Source: an uncultured delta proteobacterium
GTDB lineage: Bacteria; Desulfobacterota; Desulfobacteria; Desulfobacterales; UBA2156
DNA: 64,000 bases
Assembly (NCBI GenBank): GCA_963736855.1
Contig: CAVTQK010000017.1
Span: 96,001 to 160,000 of the forward strand
Direction of reading: 5' to 3'
The notes below the pieces were generated by a model. That model did no database searches. It was given only the letters and a program-made list of their open reading frames with translations, and was not told the origin of the DNA. The stretch's first letter is position 1. Each line of letters begins with the position of its first letter. Below are positions 8,960-19,486 of this stretch, piece by piece. A program made the position numbers and the translations under genes.

Positions 8960-8989
8960 TGTTAACCAGATCATCAATATCGGTTAACA
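8960..8989. promoter_or_regulatory. BirA operator
   Basis: Perfect TGTTAACC-N14-GGTTAACA palindrome between a minus-strand TTGACA (8997-9002) and the birA ATG. Confidence 0.88.
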
Positions 8990-9159
8990 ATAGATGTGTC
9001 AATGCCGATTTGCAAAGCTGGAGCGGTTATTCCGAGTAATGGCCGCGCAACCGGTTTTTATTGCAAAATCGTTTTAAGTGAGATAAAAAAAATTATTCCG
9101 CTTTTTCATTTTTTCCACCGGCGCGTTTATTAAACCCATCAACCATCATCGGGGGCGCT

Positions 9160-11223
9160 ATGATCAAAAACAACTCGGAAAATCCCTTGGTAGAGCACCT
9201 GAAAGCGATTAAAAACCAGGAACGAGGCTTTGAGAACGCTTTCCAGGGCGTTTCACGCATGATCCTGGAGGATAAGATCGAGAAGGTGGTAGTGAACGGC
9301 AGGACTACCTATGATTTTAAGATCTTTCGATCCGGGAAACGGCACATCGTCGGACTGTATGACGAGATCAACAGTTTTGTTTCTTTCGTCAAGGATGCGG
9401 CCGAAGGGGGTTCTTCCAAGGAGATGGCCTTTGTGCTCGTCGGGGAGCCGGGCAACGGAAAGACGTATTTCATCGAGTACGTCTGCACCTTGTACCGGCG
9501 CTTTCTTTCCGAGGAAAAAAATCGCAAGTACACCTTCCGGTTTAAAGGCATAGACCAAATCAGCGGATACGGGAAACTATCCGCCATCGAGTCCCAGACT
9601 TATGAAGATCCGATGATTTTGGCCATGAACCTGTTCGAGGAGGAATCGGCCAACAAAGAATTCCTCGCTAAAACAGCCGAGTTTACAGAAAGGGAAATCG
9701 AGATCCTGTACGAAAATTACCGTCCCCTGGGCGCATGCTCCGGGTATATCTTGAATGATATCCGGACCTATTCCGATGGAAAAATCGATCAGATGCTCGG
9801 ATTTGTTCAGATCGTTCCGGTGCCGCTCATCGAAAGCCTGGGCACGATCACCGGGAAATATCCCGCCAAAGACAAGATCACTTCATCATCCGTGGACCTT
9901 CTGGGTGAAGAGTCGATCCAGCGCATGCTGCATATCACGGACACCAACAACCCCTTCCGCTTCGACCTCAGGAGAGGCGCATTAGCGCGAGTGGCCGGAG
10001 GAGGCATCCATTTCAGCGACGAGGTATTTAAAAACAAAAAGGATCTGATCCAGGTTTATTTAGGGGTGATCCAGAATCGGGTGATTGAAATCGACGGATA
10101 CAAGTGGCCTATCGATACCCTGATCCTGGCCACCAGCAACAATTCGGAATTCAACCGGTTTCTGGCGGAAAAAGAAGAATCCCCCATCGTGGACCGCTGC
10201 CGGATCTGCTATGTCTCCCACAACACGGATTACCGGTTGCAGGAACTCCTGACCCATTACGCCATCGGAAGTGAGACCAAGACTACTTTTTCCAAGGAGA
10301 AGCTGCACATCGATCCGAATTTGAATTATTCCACATCGGTGGCCGTGATCCTCACCCGGTTGCCGCGCTCGGAGAAGCTGACTCCGGTGGAAACCATGAA
10401 GTTGGCTGCCGGAGAAGTGGCAGGGGAAAAGAGCATCAAGACCTTAGCCGAAGTGATCGACACCCTGGGACAGAACCCGGATATCACTAAGCGTTTCGGT
10501 CAGAAAGGTTTGGGACAGCGAAACTTGGGGAGAGCGATCCAGTTGGTCATCGAAAGCTCCGAGACCAACGAGGGCAAGTGCATGTTCGCCTACGATATCT
10601 TCAAAGCACTGGATCGGATTGTTTTGGATTATGTCACCGAAGAGAGCGACCGGGGGAAGTACCTCGAGGATCTCAAGATTGCCAAGGGGCTTTACCGTGA
10701 AAAGATCATGACGGAGATGTTCAATGCCTATATGGACGAACCCTTGGCCATCAAGAAAGACGTCATGAACTACGTGAACATGATCATCGGGATCGATGCC
10801 GAAAACCTGGGACCCGACAAGATGTGGAAGTACAAAGATCCGCAGACCAGGGAACTCAAGGCCATCAAGATCGACGAGCGGTTCATCAAGAGCGTGGAAG
10901 AACGCCTGGAACTTAACACTGAGGAGCAGCGGGAGACTTTCCGAACCGCTATCCGAAAAATTTACGGACAAAAAATCTCCATCAATCCGAATTACGATTT
11001 CATGGACAATCTGGAGCTCGTCAAGGCAGTGACCGAAGTGCGTCTCAAATCCGATATCGCCGGTGCGGGAAGCCTTGTCGGAGCTTTGGCCAATCGGACC
11101 AACGAGGAAAACCAGAAACTCTACGACCGGATGCTCACAACCATGCGGGATAAACTGGGATACTGTCCCACCTGCGCCCAGAAGACCATCGAATACTTCT
11201 GCACCCAGGAGGATGAAAATTAA
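9160..11223 (+). CDS. prkA: PrkA/YeaG family AAA+ ATPase (annotated as serine protein kinase), copy 1
   Basis: GEPGNGKT Walker A, IHFSDEVFK Walker B, ATSN sensor; followed by YeaH and SpoVR genes. Confidence 0.9.
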   Translation: MIKNNSENPLVEHLKAIKNQERGFENAFQGVSRMILEDKIEKVVVNGRTTYDFKIFRSGKRHIVGLYDEINSFVSFVKDAAEGGSSKEMAFVLVGEPGNGKTYFIEYVCTLYRRFLSEEKNRKYTFRFKGIDQISGYGKLSAIESQTYEDPMILAMNLFEEESANKEFLAKTAEFTEREIEILYENYRPLGACSGYILNDIRTYSDGKIDQMLGFVQIVPVPLIESLGTITGKYPAKDKITSSSVDLLGEESIQRMLHITDTNNPFRFDLRRGALARVAGGGIHFSDEVFKNKKDLIQVYLGVIQNRVIEIDGYKWPIDTLILATSNNSEFNRFLAEKEESPIVDRCRICYVSHNTDYRLQELLTHYAIGSETKTTFSKEKLHIDPNLNYSTSVAVILTRLPRSEKLTPVETMKLAAGEVAGEKSIKTLAEVIDTLGQNPDITKRFGQKGLGQRNLGRAIQLVIESSETNEGKCMFAYDIFKALDRIVLDYVTEESDRGKYLEDLKIAKGLYREKIMTEMFNAYMDEPLAIKKDVMNYVNMIIGIDAENLGPDKMWKYKDPQTRELKAIKIDERFIKSVEERLELNTEEQRETFRTAIRKIYGQKISINPNYDFMDNLELVKAVTEVRLKSDIAGAGSLVGALANRTNEENQKLYDRMLTTMRDKLGYCPTCAQKTIEYFCTQEDEN

Positions 11224-11272
11224 GACCGGGATCAAGGGTCGGGGGTTCAGGGGCCTTAGGAAATATGAGGCC

Positions 11273-12511
11273 ATGGAAATAAAAGAAGATATCTACGCCT
11301 ATTATGACTTGAGCGTCCTTCAGGACATGCAGGCGCCTCAATACACTCACGCCACAGGCATGCGATCCCTGGAGGAACTTCTTGAACGGGAAAAGCAGCG
11401 GGAGAAAGACGGATTTCCACGGAAGATCCGGATCGGGCGCCTCATGAAACCCGGTAAGAGCGACAAGGGGAAGATCGTAGTGGTCCCTACCACCGTCGAG
11501 GAAAAATTCATCCACGACCACTCCATTCAGGCTCCGGATCAAGAGGGTGCCTCCGGCGGTTCCGGCGAAGGAGAAGAAGGGGACATTATTGGAGAAGAGC
11601 CGATTCGCAACGGCACACCGTCCGGAGCGGGTCCCGGGGAGGGGGAAGGCGGCGAACACGAGATAGAATCGAGCGCCTATGACCTGGGAAAAATATTGAC
11701 CGAAAAATTCGAGCTTCCCAACCTTAAAGATAAGGGGAAAAAGCGCTCCCTGACCCGGTATACTTATGATCTGACGGACCGGAACCGCGGTTTCGGCCAG
11801 GTGCTGGATAAGAAAGCAACCTTGAGGCGGATCCTTCGCACCAACCAGGAACTAGGGAACATCCCGGATTGGGAAGACATGGACCCCACCCGATTTCTCA
11901 TTTCTCCCGATGACCTGGTGTATCGCATCCTGTCTCCGGAAAAAGACTTTGAGTCCCAGGCCATGGTATTTTTTCTAAGGGATTATTCCGGATCCATGGC
12001 CGGGAAGACCACCGACCTGGTGGTAACCCAGCATGTCTTCATTTACAGCTGGCTTCTCTATCAGTATGCCAGGCAAGTGGAATCCCGCTTCATCCTGCAC
12101 GACACCGAGGCCAAGGAAGTAGACGATTTTTACACTTACTACAACTCCCAGGTGGCCGGCGGCACCAAGGTGGCGTCAGCCTATCGTCTCGTCAACGAGA
12201 TCATCAAGAAGGAGAATCTCGCTGCCGATTACAATATCTACGTCTTCCATGGAACGGACGGAGACGATTGGGACACCGACGGCAGTGAAACGATTCCGGA
12301 GCTGAAGACGCTTCTGAACTATACCAATCGGGTCGGTATCTGCATTACCGAGCATGCTTCTTCCGTCACCCATAACACCGAAATGGAGAGATATCTCAAG
12401 CAGTCTCATTTCCTGGAGGAAAAGCCCAAGCTGATTCGGCTGGATGTCATGGAGGAAAGCGCGGAGGAATCGCGGCTCATCGAAGGGATCAAGACACTCA
12501 TCTCCCCGTAA
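11273..12511 (+). CDS. YeaH/YhbH (DUF444) vWA-like protein
   Basis: Gly/acidic linker, FELPNL, MIDAS-like DYSGS, GGT and TDGD motifs. Confidence 0.9.
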   Translation: MEIKEDIYAYYDLSVLQDMQAPQYTHATGMRSLEELLEREKQREKDGFPRKIRIGRLMKPGKSDKGKIVVVPTTVEEKFIHDHSIQAPDQEGASGGSGEGEEGDIIGEEPIRNGTPSGAGPGEGEGGEHEIESSAYDLGKILTEKFELPNLKDKGKKRSLTRYTYDLTDRNRGFGQVLDKKATLRRILRTNQELGNIPDWEDMDPTRFLISPDDLVYRILSPEKDFESQAMVFFLRDYSGSMAGKTTDLVVTQHVFIYSWLLYQYARQVESRFILHDTEAKEVDDFYTYYNSQVAGGTKVASAYRLVNEIIKKENLAADYNIYVFHGTDGDDWDTDGSETIPELKTLLNYTNRVGICITEHASSVTHNTEMERYLKQSHFLEEKPKLIRLDVMEESAEESRLIEGIKTLISP

Positions 12512-12518
12512 AGAAAAC

Positions 12519-14168
12519 ATGGAAATCATTAGTCTGCATGCCAAGACGATCATGGAGGGCTGCAAGGAGCGGGCCCGTGAGGTCGGCCTGACCTTCTCCG
12601 AAGAGACCCTTGAATATATCGTCACCAACCGGGACCTTCTGGAGCTCTCCCCCAAGGGGATGATCCCCACTCTATACGATTACTGGGTTCACGATGTGGA
12701 GGTCCTCAGGGAAAAGGGGCGATACGAGTTGTACCCCGGGAACCCATATGAAACGGTCATCAATACGCGTCCCCCCATCTCTTTTTACAACGACAACAAC
12801 CCGGACTGGCTTAACGTGATGATCTTTTATCATGTTCTGGGACATATTGATTTTTTCCAGAACAACGCGTTTTTCAGAAACACGTGGGATTATGATTTTC
12901 TTGGCCGAGCGCTTTCCGACAAGCGCGTCATCGCCAGGCTCCGGGCGGAAAAAGGGAGGTGGGTGGATTATATCATCGAATTCACCCGGGGCATCGATAA
13001 TCTCGTTGGATACTTCGGAGAATTGGCACGACTCGACTCCCCGGAACCCGAGCGTGGTCGAAAGATGCTCGATTACTACTTCGACACCTTTCTCCAGTCG
13101 GTGAAAAATACCCGAATCGGCGATTATGTCAAGGAAGTCGATCGTTACAACACGTTCCAAAAGCAGTACGGCGCACGTGGAGAGGAAGCCTTTTTCCTGG
13201 AGGTGAAAAAGGAGCATCCGGAATTTGAAGCTTTCTTGGAAAAGCATCTTAAAATGAAACCGGTTCAACGGATGGATCTCATCGAGTATTTGATGCAAAA
13301 CTCCGCCTTTTTGAAAAAAGAGGAAAACCGTTGGATGAAAAGTGTCATGAATGCGGTGAGGAATACCTCGCTTTTTTTTGCACCCCAGATCCGGACCAAG
13401 ATCATGAATGAGGGATGGGCAAGCTTCTGGCATGAAATCCTCTTCATGCAGGACGACCGCATCAAGGGACACGAAGTGGATTTCGCTCGGGTCAACGCGG
13501 GTGTCACCGCCATGCCCCGGGTGGGGTTGAATCCTTATGCCCTGGGTCTTCGGTTATTTTATCACATCAAGGATCTGGCCGATAAGGGAAAGCTGAGCCA
13601 CGCATTTCAGCAGATTTCGAACGTCCGGCAACGGGAGGCGTTCGATACCGGAGCGCGGAAAGGGCAGGACATGCTTTTATGGATCCGCGAAAACCTCTGT
13701 GATTTCATGTTCATTAATACATTTGTGGATCAGGACTTCATGACGCATAACAACCTCTTTGTGGCCGGCACGCGTCTGAACGAACAGAAGATGGTCTGGG
13801 AGTATTTTATCAAAAGCAAGAGAGTTGCCGATTACCGGGAGATGCTGAAGGATTCTCTGTATCACCCACCCGCCATTACCGTGGATCCGGAAAAGACAAA
13901 AGAAGGTCATCTCTATCTGGTGCATCAATTCGAGGGAAAACCGCTGGTGAGTGAATACATTCCCAATACGATGCTCGGCGTCGAATTTCTATGGGGGGGA
14001 TCGGTGAGCCTCGAGACCACGGAGGTCGCATCTGTCGGGCCATCGGCAGTTTCAGCCCTGGATTCGGCTCCCGGCGGTGCATCGGCAGAGGGGGCAAAAC
14101 CCGAGGTGAATTGGCAGCGCGTCGTTTATACCATGCAAGACCGGAAACTGACCAAAGAGATTTTGTGA
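12519..14168 (+). CDS. SpoVR/YcgB family protein
   Basis: YETVIN..P, HVLGHIDFF, PQIRTKIMNEGWASFWH and NPYALG motifs. Confidence 0.93.
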   Translation: MEIISLHAKTIMEGCKERAREVGLTFSEETLEYIVTNRDLLELSPKGMIPTLYDYWVHDVEVLREKGRYELYPGNPYETVINTRPPISFYNDNNPDWLNVMIFYHVLGHIDFFQNNAFFRNTWDYDFLGRALSDKRVIARLRAEKGRWVDYIIEFTRGIDNLVGYFGELARLDSPEPERGRKMLDYYFDTFLQSVKNTRIGDYVKEVDRYNTFQKQYGARGEEAFFLEVKKEHPEFEAFLEKHLKMKPVQRMDLIEYLMQNSAFLKKEENRWMKSVMNAVRNTSLFFAPQIRTKIMNEGWASFWHEILFMQDDRIKGHEVDFARVNAGVTAMPRVGLNPYALGLRLFYHIKDLADKGKLSHAFQQISNVRQREAFDTGARKGQDMLLWIRENLCDFMFINTFVDQDFMTHNNLFVAGTRLNEQKMVWEYFIKSKRVADYREMLKDSLYHPPAITVDPEKTKEGHLYLVHQFEGKPLVSEYIPNTMLGVEFLWGGSVSLETTEVASVGPSAVSALDSAPGGASAEGAKPEVNWQRVVYTMQDRKLTKEIL

Positions 14169-14261
14169 TACATTGACTCAAGAACGAAGCCGACGACAGG
14201 ATAAACGAGACAACCGCAAGCGATAAGAAATCAACCCCATCAACCCGATAGACATAAAAAA

Positions 14262-16581
14262 ATGGAAGATGTCGAAAAAGCACTGAACCGCCTGAACACG
14301 AAGTTGAGTGACCTGGAGCATCATACCCCCATTTCTTTCGAGGCTTTCCTTGAAGAAGTAGCGGAAAGGCCCCATCGTGCCATCCGAAACATTTTTCAGG
14401 TCTTTTACGACATGGTCATGACGCATGTCGAAGAGGGGGTCAACGAGTATCCGGACGATCCTGAAGCCGCCGGGTATGTGTATTACGATTGCAGGAAACT
14501 CTTTGTGGAAGGTGTGGATCGCCCCTTTTTCGCCGATCGACTCTTTTCCTACCGGTGGATCCGGCACGTAGAAGCCATGCGTCAGGGAGCCCAACAGAAC
14601 AAGATCTACATTTTCGACGGTCCTGCGGGTTGCGGCAAAAGCACCTTCTTGAACAATCTGTTGAAAAAATTCGAGGAATATACCAACACCGAAACGGGCA
14701 TGGGCTATGAAATTCTCTGGCGGATCGATCGGGGAATACTGGGGCAATCGGCAGACATGGAATCCAACCCCATGATGGAGCGACTATCCCGGCTGTTGGA
14801 GCGATCAAATACAGAAGCCGATTCGAGCCCGGATGGATTCGAGGCCGAACCTGAAGAGAGAGAATGGAAGGGGGCACTCGCCGAAGATGACGCCCTCGAG
14901 ATTCCCTGCCCCAGCCACGACAATCCTATTCTCATCATCCCCAAGGAACTTCGCCGGTCTTTTCTGGATGATTTGTTTAAGAATAACGAATTCAAATGGA
15001 AGCTCTCCACGGAAAAAGAGTATGAGTGGGTCTTCAAAGGCACACCATGCACCATCTGCAGCACCCTATATGAGGCGTTGCTGGAGAAATTGAAAAGCCC
15101 CATGGCGGTTTTTGAGCTCATCAGGGCGCGGCCATACCGATTCAATCGTCGCCTGGGTCAGGGAATCAGCGTTTACAATCCCGGGGACAAACCCATACGG
15201 CAAGAGGTCCTGGGAAATCCGATGCTCCAAAAAAGGATCAACAGCCTCTTCAAAGACAGTAATCAGGTCAAATATCTGTTCTCACGCTATGCCAAGACCA
15301 ACAACGGCATTTATGCCTTGATGGACATCAAATCCCACAACGTGGAACGGCTCATCGAGCTGCACAACATCGTGAGCGAGGGGGTTCACAAGGTGGAGGA
15401 CTTGGAGGAAAGCGTCAACTCCCTCTTCATGGTCGTCATGAACCCTGAGGATAAAAAAAATATCACCGATATCCCCTCCTTCTCTGACCGTATCGAGTAC
15501 ATTCGCATTCCGTATGTGATGGACCTGAGGACGGAGGTGGAGATCTACCGTTCCATTTTCGGCAAGCAGATCGGCGAAAGCTTCCTACCCAGAGTTTTGC
15601 ACAATTTCGCCCGCGCCATCATCGCAAGCCGTCTCAATACCCGTTCCGATGCTTTGCTCGAGTGGATCGGGGATCCGGAGCCGTACCGACGGTATTGCGA
15701 CAAGAACCTGCACCTGCTCAAGATAGAGCTGTACACGGGACATATCCCGGCCTGGCTTTCCGAGGAGCACCGGAAGCAATTGACGGCAAAACGCCGCAGG
15801 AAAATTTTGTCCGAAGCGGACAAGGAAGGGGAGAAAGGTTTTTCCGGACGGGATTCCATTCGCTTGTTTAACAAGTTTTTTTCCACCCATGCCAAAGAAA
15901 ACCGGTTGATCAATATGTCCATGGTGTGCAATTTTTTTATCAAGATATTGAAAGAGGAACCCGAAGCCATTCCCGAGGGATTTTTGGAATCATTGCATGC
16001 CATGTATGATTACACCATTTTGCAGGAAGTCAAGGAATCGCTCTATTATTACAATGAAGAACAGATCTCCAGGGAAATTCAGAATTATCTGTTTGCCCTG
16101 AACTTTGAAATCGGCACTAAAGAAAAGTGCATTTACACAAATGATGCACTAGAGATCACGGAAGAGTTTTTAAGCGGCATCGAAAACCGTCTGTTAGGCG
16201 TCATATTGGACTTTCAAAAACGGGTCGCATTTCGAAAGGATACGCAAAAGGAATACACATCAAACACCCTGACCCAGGAAATCATGGTGGAGGGAAAACC
16301 CATCACCCAGACCGGGCTTTATGACACCCTGCATGAGCGATACGTTTTTAACCTCAAAAAAAAGGTCCTGGAACCTTTTTTAAAAAATGAAAACTTTCCG
16401 CCGGGCAGTCAAGGAATACGGGGAGGAGAGCTTCAAAACATACGACCGCAAGATCCGGGAAGACGTTACCTTCATGATGAATAACCTCATCCAACGATTC
16501 CGGTATGCGGATCTGGGGGCCAAGGAGATCTGTATTTACGTCATCGACAACGATTTGGCCCGAAAATTTTCCGAAGAATGA
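14262..16581 (+). CDS. PrkA family AAA+ protein, copy 2 (+1 frameshift near 16396; about 772 aa when corrected)
   Basis: GPAGCGKST Walker A; C-terminus continues in ORF 16387..16581 (FRRAVKEY..YVIDNDLARKF) if one base is removed from TTTCC. Confidence 0.85.
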
Positions 16582-16602
16582 GCTACCCGCCCATTTCCAC
16601 CC

Positions 16603-18027
16603 TCACAGTCGAGCCAGCAGGCGCTCGTGGATGTTGTCGAATCCGCCGTTGGACATGATCAGCACAAGGTCTCCCGACGCTGCGGTTTCAGCCAAAAAGT
16701 CGATGATGCCTTCGGTGTCCTCGAAGTAATGAGCGTCTTTTCCCCGGGCGATCAGGTCCGAAACCAGTTTCTCAGATGAAAAGCGTATCGTTTCGGGAAT
16801 TTTTTCCAGCAAGGGGGGCTTGCGGATGCAGACTATGTCCGCCGCATCAAATGCTCCGGGGTACACATCCTGAAAGACGTTACGCATGCTCGTGTTGGTG
16901 CGCGGCTCGAAGACCGCGACCAGGCGGCCGTTTCCGAAGCGCCCCTTCACCGCGGCAATGGTTTCCCGAACCGCCGTGGGATGATGGGCGAAGTCGTCCA
17001 TAACGCAGATTCCCCTCCTGAAACCTCGTATCTCCTGGCGCCTTTTCACCCCCTTGAAAGTGAAGAGCGCTTTTTTAGCGGCGTCTGCCTGGATTCCCAG
17101 GTAATCAGCAGCGGCCAGAACGGAAAGGGTGTTGAGCAGGTTGTGCTCTCCCACAAGGTGAGTTTCCCAAAGTCCCAGGGAACCCCCGTTTTTCAAAGGT
17201 TCAAAAAAAGTCTTCACACCTTCGATGGCCACTTTTCCAAGTCTCCAATCGGCCCCCCGCTTCCGGCCGTAGGTGCGGATGCGCCCCTTTCGGGAAGCGG
17301 CCAGTTTCATGACCTCGGGATCTTCCGCATACGCCACGAGGAGTGCTTCCGCCGGGAGTCTTGAGACAAGATCGGAAAAGACCTTTTGCACGTGTGCAAA
17401 ATCCGCGAAAATGTCCGCGTGGTCGAATTCGATGCCGGTCAAAATCGCCACATGAGCATCGTAGTGCAGAAATTTAGGTCCCTTATCGAAATAGGCGGTG
17501 TCGTATTCATCTCCTTCGAGAACCACGAAATCCCCTTTTCCGAGCCGGTAATTGCTACCGAAATTTTTCAGGATTCCACCGATGAGAAAAGAGGGATCGC
17601 AACCGGCTTCGGAAAGGACATGGGCCATCAGAGATGCCGTGGTGGTTTTCCCGTGGGTTCCGGTGATAAGAATCGCTTTCTTTCCTGAAACTAAAAACCG
17701 ATTCACCGCCTGAGGCATGGAACAGAAAGGAATCCCCATCTCCTGGAGGGCCGCAGCCTCCGGGTTGGACCGGGTCACGGCGTTTCCCACCACGACAAGG
17801 TCGGGCTGATGGGAAAGATGCTCGTGTGAAAATCCCTCTTTGAGCGCGATCCCTTTTTCCTTTAATAAAGTGCTCATGGGCGGATAGACGTTTTGGTCCG
17901 ATCCGGTGACTGAAAATCCCATCTCCCTGAGAAGACAGGCCAAGGCGCCCATTGCGGTCCCGCAAGCAGCGATGAGGTGGATTGTCTTCACCTCTTCGGG
18001 AATGAAGTTTCCGGGGATCCAGGTCAT
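16603..18027 (-). CDS. mpl: Murein peptide ligase Mpl
   Basis: CGTAMG, GTHGKTTT, EGDEYD, FDHADI, DDFAHHPT and MSNGGF motifs. Confidence 0.92.
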   Translation of the reverse strand: MTWIPGNFIPEEVKTIHLIAACGTAMGALACLLREMGFSVTGSDQNVYPPMSTLLKEKGIALKEGFSHEHLSHQPDLVVVGNAVTRSNPEAAALQEMGIPFCSMPQAVNRFLVSGKKAILITGTHGKTTTASLMAHVLSEAGCDPSFLIGGILKNFGSNYRLGKGDFVVLEGDEYDTAYFDKGPKFLHYDAHVAILTGIEFDHADIFADFAHVQKVFSDLVSRLPAEALLVAYAEDPEVMKLAASRKGRIRTYGRKRGADWRLGKVAIEGVKTFFEPLKNGGSLGLWETHLVGEHNLLNTLSVLAAADYLGIQADAAKKALFTFKGVKRRQEIRGFRRGICVMDDFAHHPTAVRETIAAVKGRFGNGRLVAVFEPRTNTSMRNVFQDVYPGAFDAADIVCIRKPPLLEKIPETIRFSSEKLVSDLIARGKDAHYFEDTEGIIDFLAETAASGDLVLIMSNGGFDNIHERLLARL

Positions 18028-18485
18028 TTGGAATCGCCTTTGGATTTGGCGATCGTCTCCTCGGCGACTGCCATGAGGGTGACCATGGCCTTTGCGGCCA
18101 GGATCTCGCCTTGTTTCCGTATGTCGAAGACCTCCGATTCGGCGACAAGGATTTGGCGTCCTTCCCGGATGACTTTCGAGCGGCAGATGAGTTTTTCCCC
18201 GAAAGCGGGCTTCAGGAAGTTGATTTTAAATTCCACGGTCAGGATCTGAAACCCCTCCGGTACGGTAGTAAATGCGGCATACCCGGCCGTATGATCGGCC
18301 AGGGTGGCCATGACGCCCGCATGAATGAATCCATCCTGCTGGCGGTGGACCTCGGCAATCTCGACCGTCGATTCAAACCGGTTTCTGGATGCATCGACGG
18401 CTTTGAACCGGCAGAAGCGGATGAATCCTCTTTCAAAATCATGTTTCAAAAAAGCCTTTCGTTCATATGAAATATCCGTCTTCAT
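18024..18485 (-). CDS. PaaI family thioesterase
   Basis: QQDGFIHAGVMATLAD hotdog motif and TVEFKINFLKPA. Confidence 0.9.
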   Translation of the reverse strand: MKTDISYERKAFLKHDFERGFIRFCRFKAVDASRNRFESTVEIAEVHRQQDGFIHAGVMATLADHTAGYAAFTTVPEGFQILTVEFKINFLKPAFGEKLICRSKVIREGRQILVAESEVFDIRKQGEILAAKAMVTLMAVAEETIAKSKGDSK

Positions 18486-18658
18486 AGTGTTCCTTGGAAA
18501 CATACGGCACCGGCTTCAAGTGGCCGGGTTCTTGACCTTTTCGAGGGTTTGTCTGTGCAAAGAAAATATGATAGGGAAATATCGAAAAAGTCTTTGAAGG
18601 GCAACAGGAAAACCGGTGAAAGGCCGATGTCTTATATCACAACAAAAGGAATAACCGG

Positions 18659-19486
18659 ATGGACGCAAACCTGAAAGAAGTGTTGGAGGCGTTTGCGAGA
18701 GGGCCGGGAAAGCTTTGCATACTCACGGGCGCCGGAATATCGGCGGAAAGCGGAATTCCCACCTTTCGAGGTCCGGAAGGATATTGGACCGTGGGATCCA
18801 AGGAGTATCATCCCCAGGAAATGGCCACCTATGAGATGTTTACGCAGCATCCTGAGGAAGTCTGGAGGTGGTATCTCTATCGGCTGGGCGTGTGCCGGAA
18901 AGCGGATCCCAATCCCGGACATTTGGCCATCGCGGAAATGGAACGCCTCTTCAAAGACCGATTTACGTTGATCACCCAGAATGTGGACGGGCTTCATTTA
19001 AGGGCGGGAAACAGCCTTCCGCGGACCTTCCAGATCCACGGTAACATCTTTTTCATGCGGTGCGCCGGTGCCTGTACTGAACAGCTTTTTCCTCTGCCTG
19101 ATACGGTGCCCGCCAAATCCAGGAAGGATACGATGACCGCCGAAGACCTTCATCTACTTAAATGCCCGGAGTGCGGAGGAATGACACGGCCTCATGTGCT
19201 GTGGTTCGATGAAACATACGACGAGGTTTATTATCGATTCACGAGTTCTCTGGGGGTTGCCCGGGAAACGGATCTTCTTATCACCGCGGGGACTTCAGGG
19301 GCGACCAATCTGCCGAACCAGGTGGTCTGGGAGGCCCGACACCGGGGGGCGGTTATGGTGGATATCAATGTAGAAGAAAACCCCTTCGGTCGGGCCGCCT
19401 TGAGCAGCCGTCGGGGCTTTTTCCTCAAAGGGAAAAGCGGAGCAATTCTTCCCGGGATGCTGGGGGTGTTCCGGCAGTCGTTTTAA
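18659..19486 (+). CDS. cobB: Sir2-family NAD-dependent protein deacylase (class III-like)
   Basis: [38 protein letters not shown] and GTS motifs. Confidence 0.92.
   Translation: MDANLKEVLEAFARGPGKLCILTGAGISAESGIPTFRGPEGYWTVGSKEYHPQEMATYEMFTQHPEEVWRWYLYRLGVCRKADPNPGHLAIAEMERLFKDRFTLITQNVDGLHLRAGNSLPRTFQIHGNIFFMRCAGACTEQLFPLPDTVPAKSRKDTMTAEDLHLLKCPECGGMTRPHVLWFDETYDEVYYRFTSSLGVARETDLLITAGTSGATNLPNQVVWEARHRGAVMVDINVEENPFGRAALSSRRGFFLKGKSGAILPGMLGVFRQSF

Noticed and set aside
16387..16400. Programmed ribosomal frameshift in prkA2
   Set aside because: A +1 shift is needed, and I see no established +1 signal (stop or hungry codon with internal SD); an indel is simpler.
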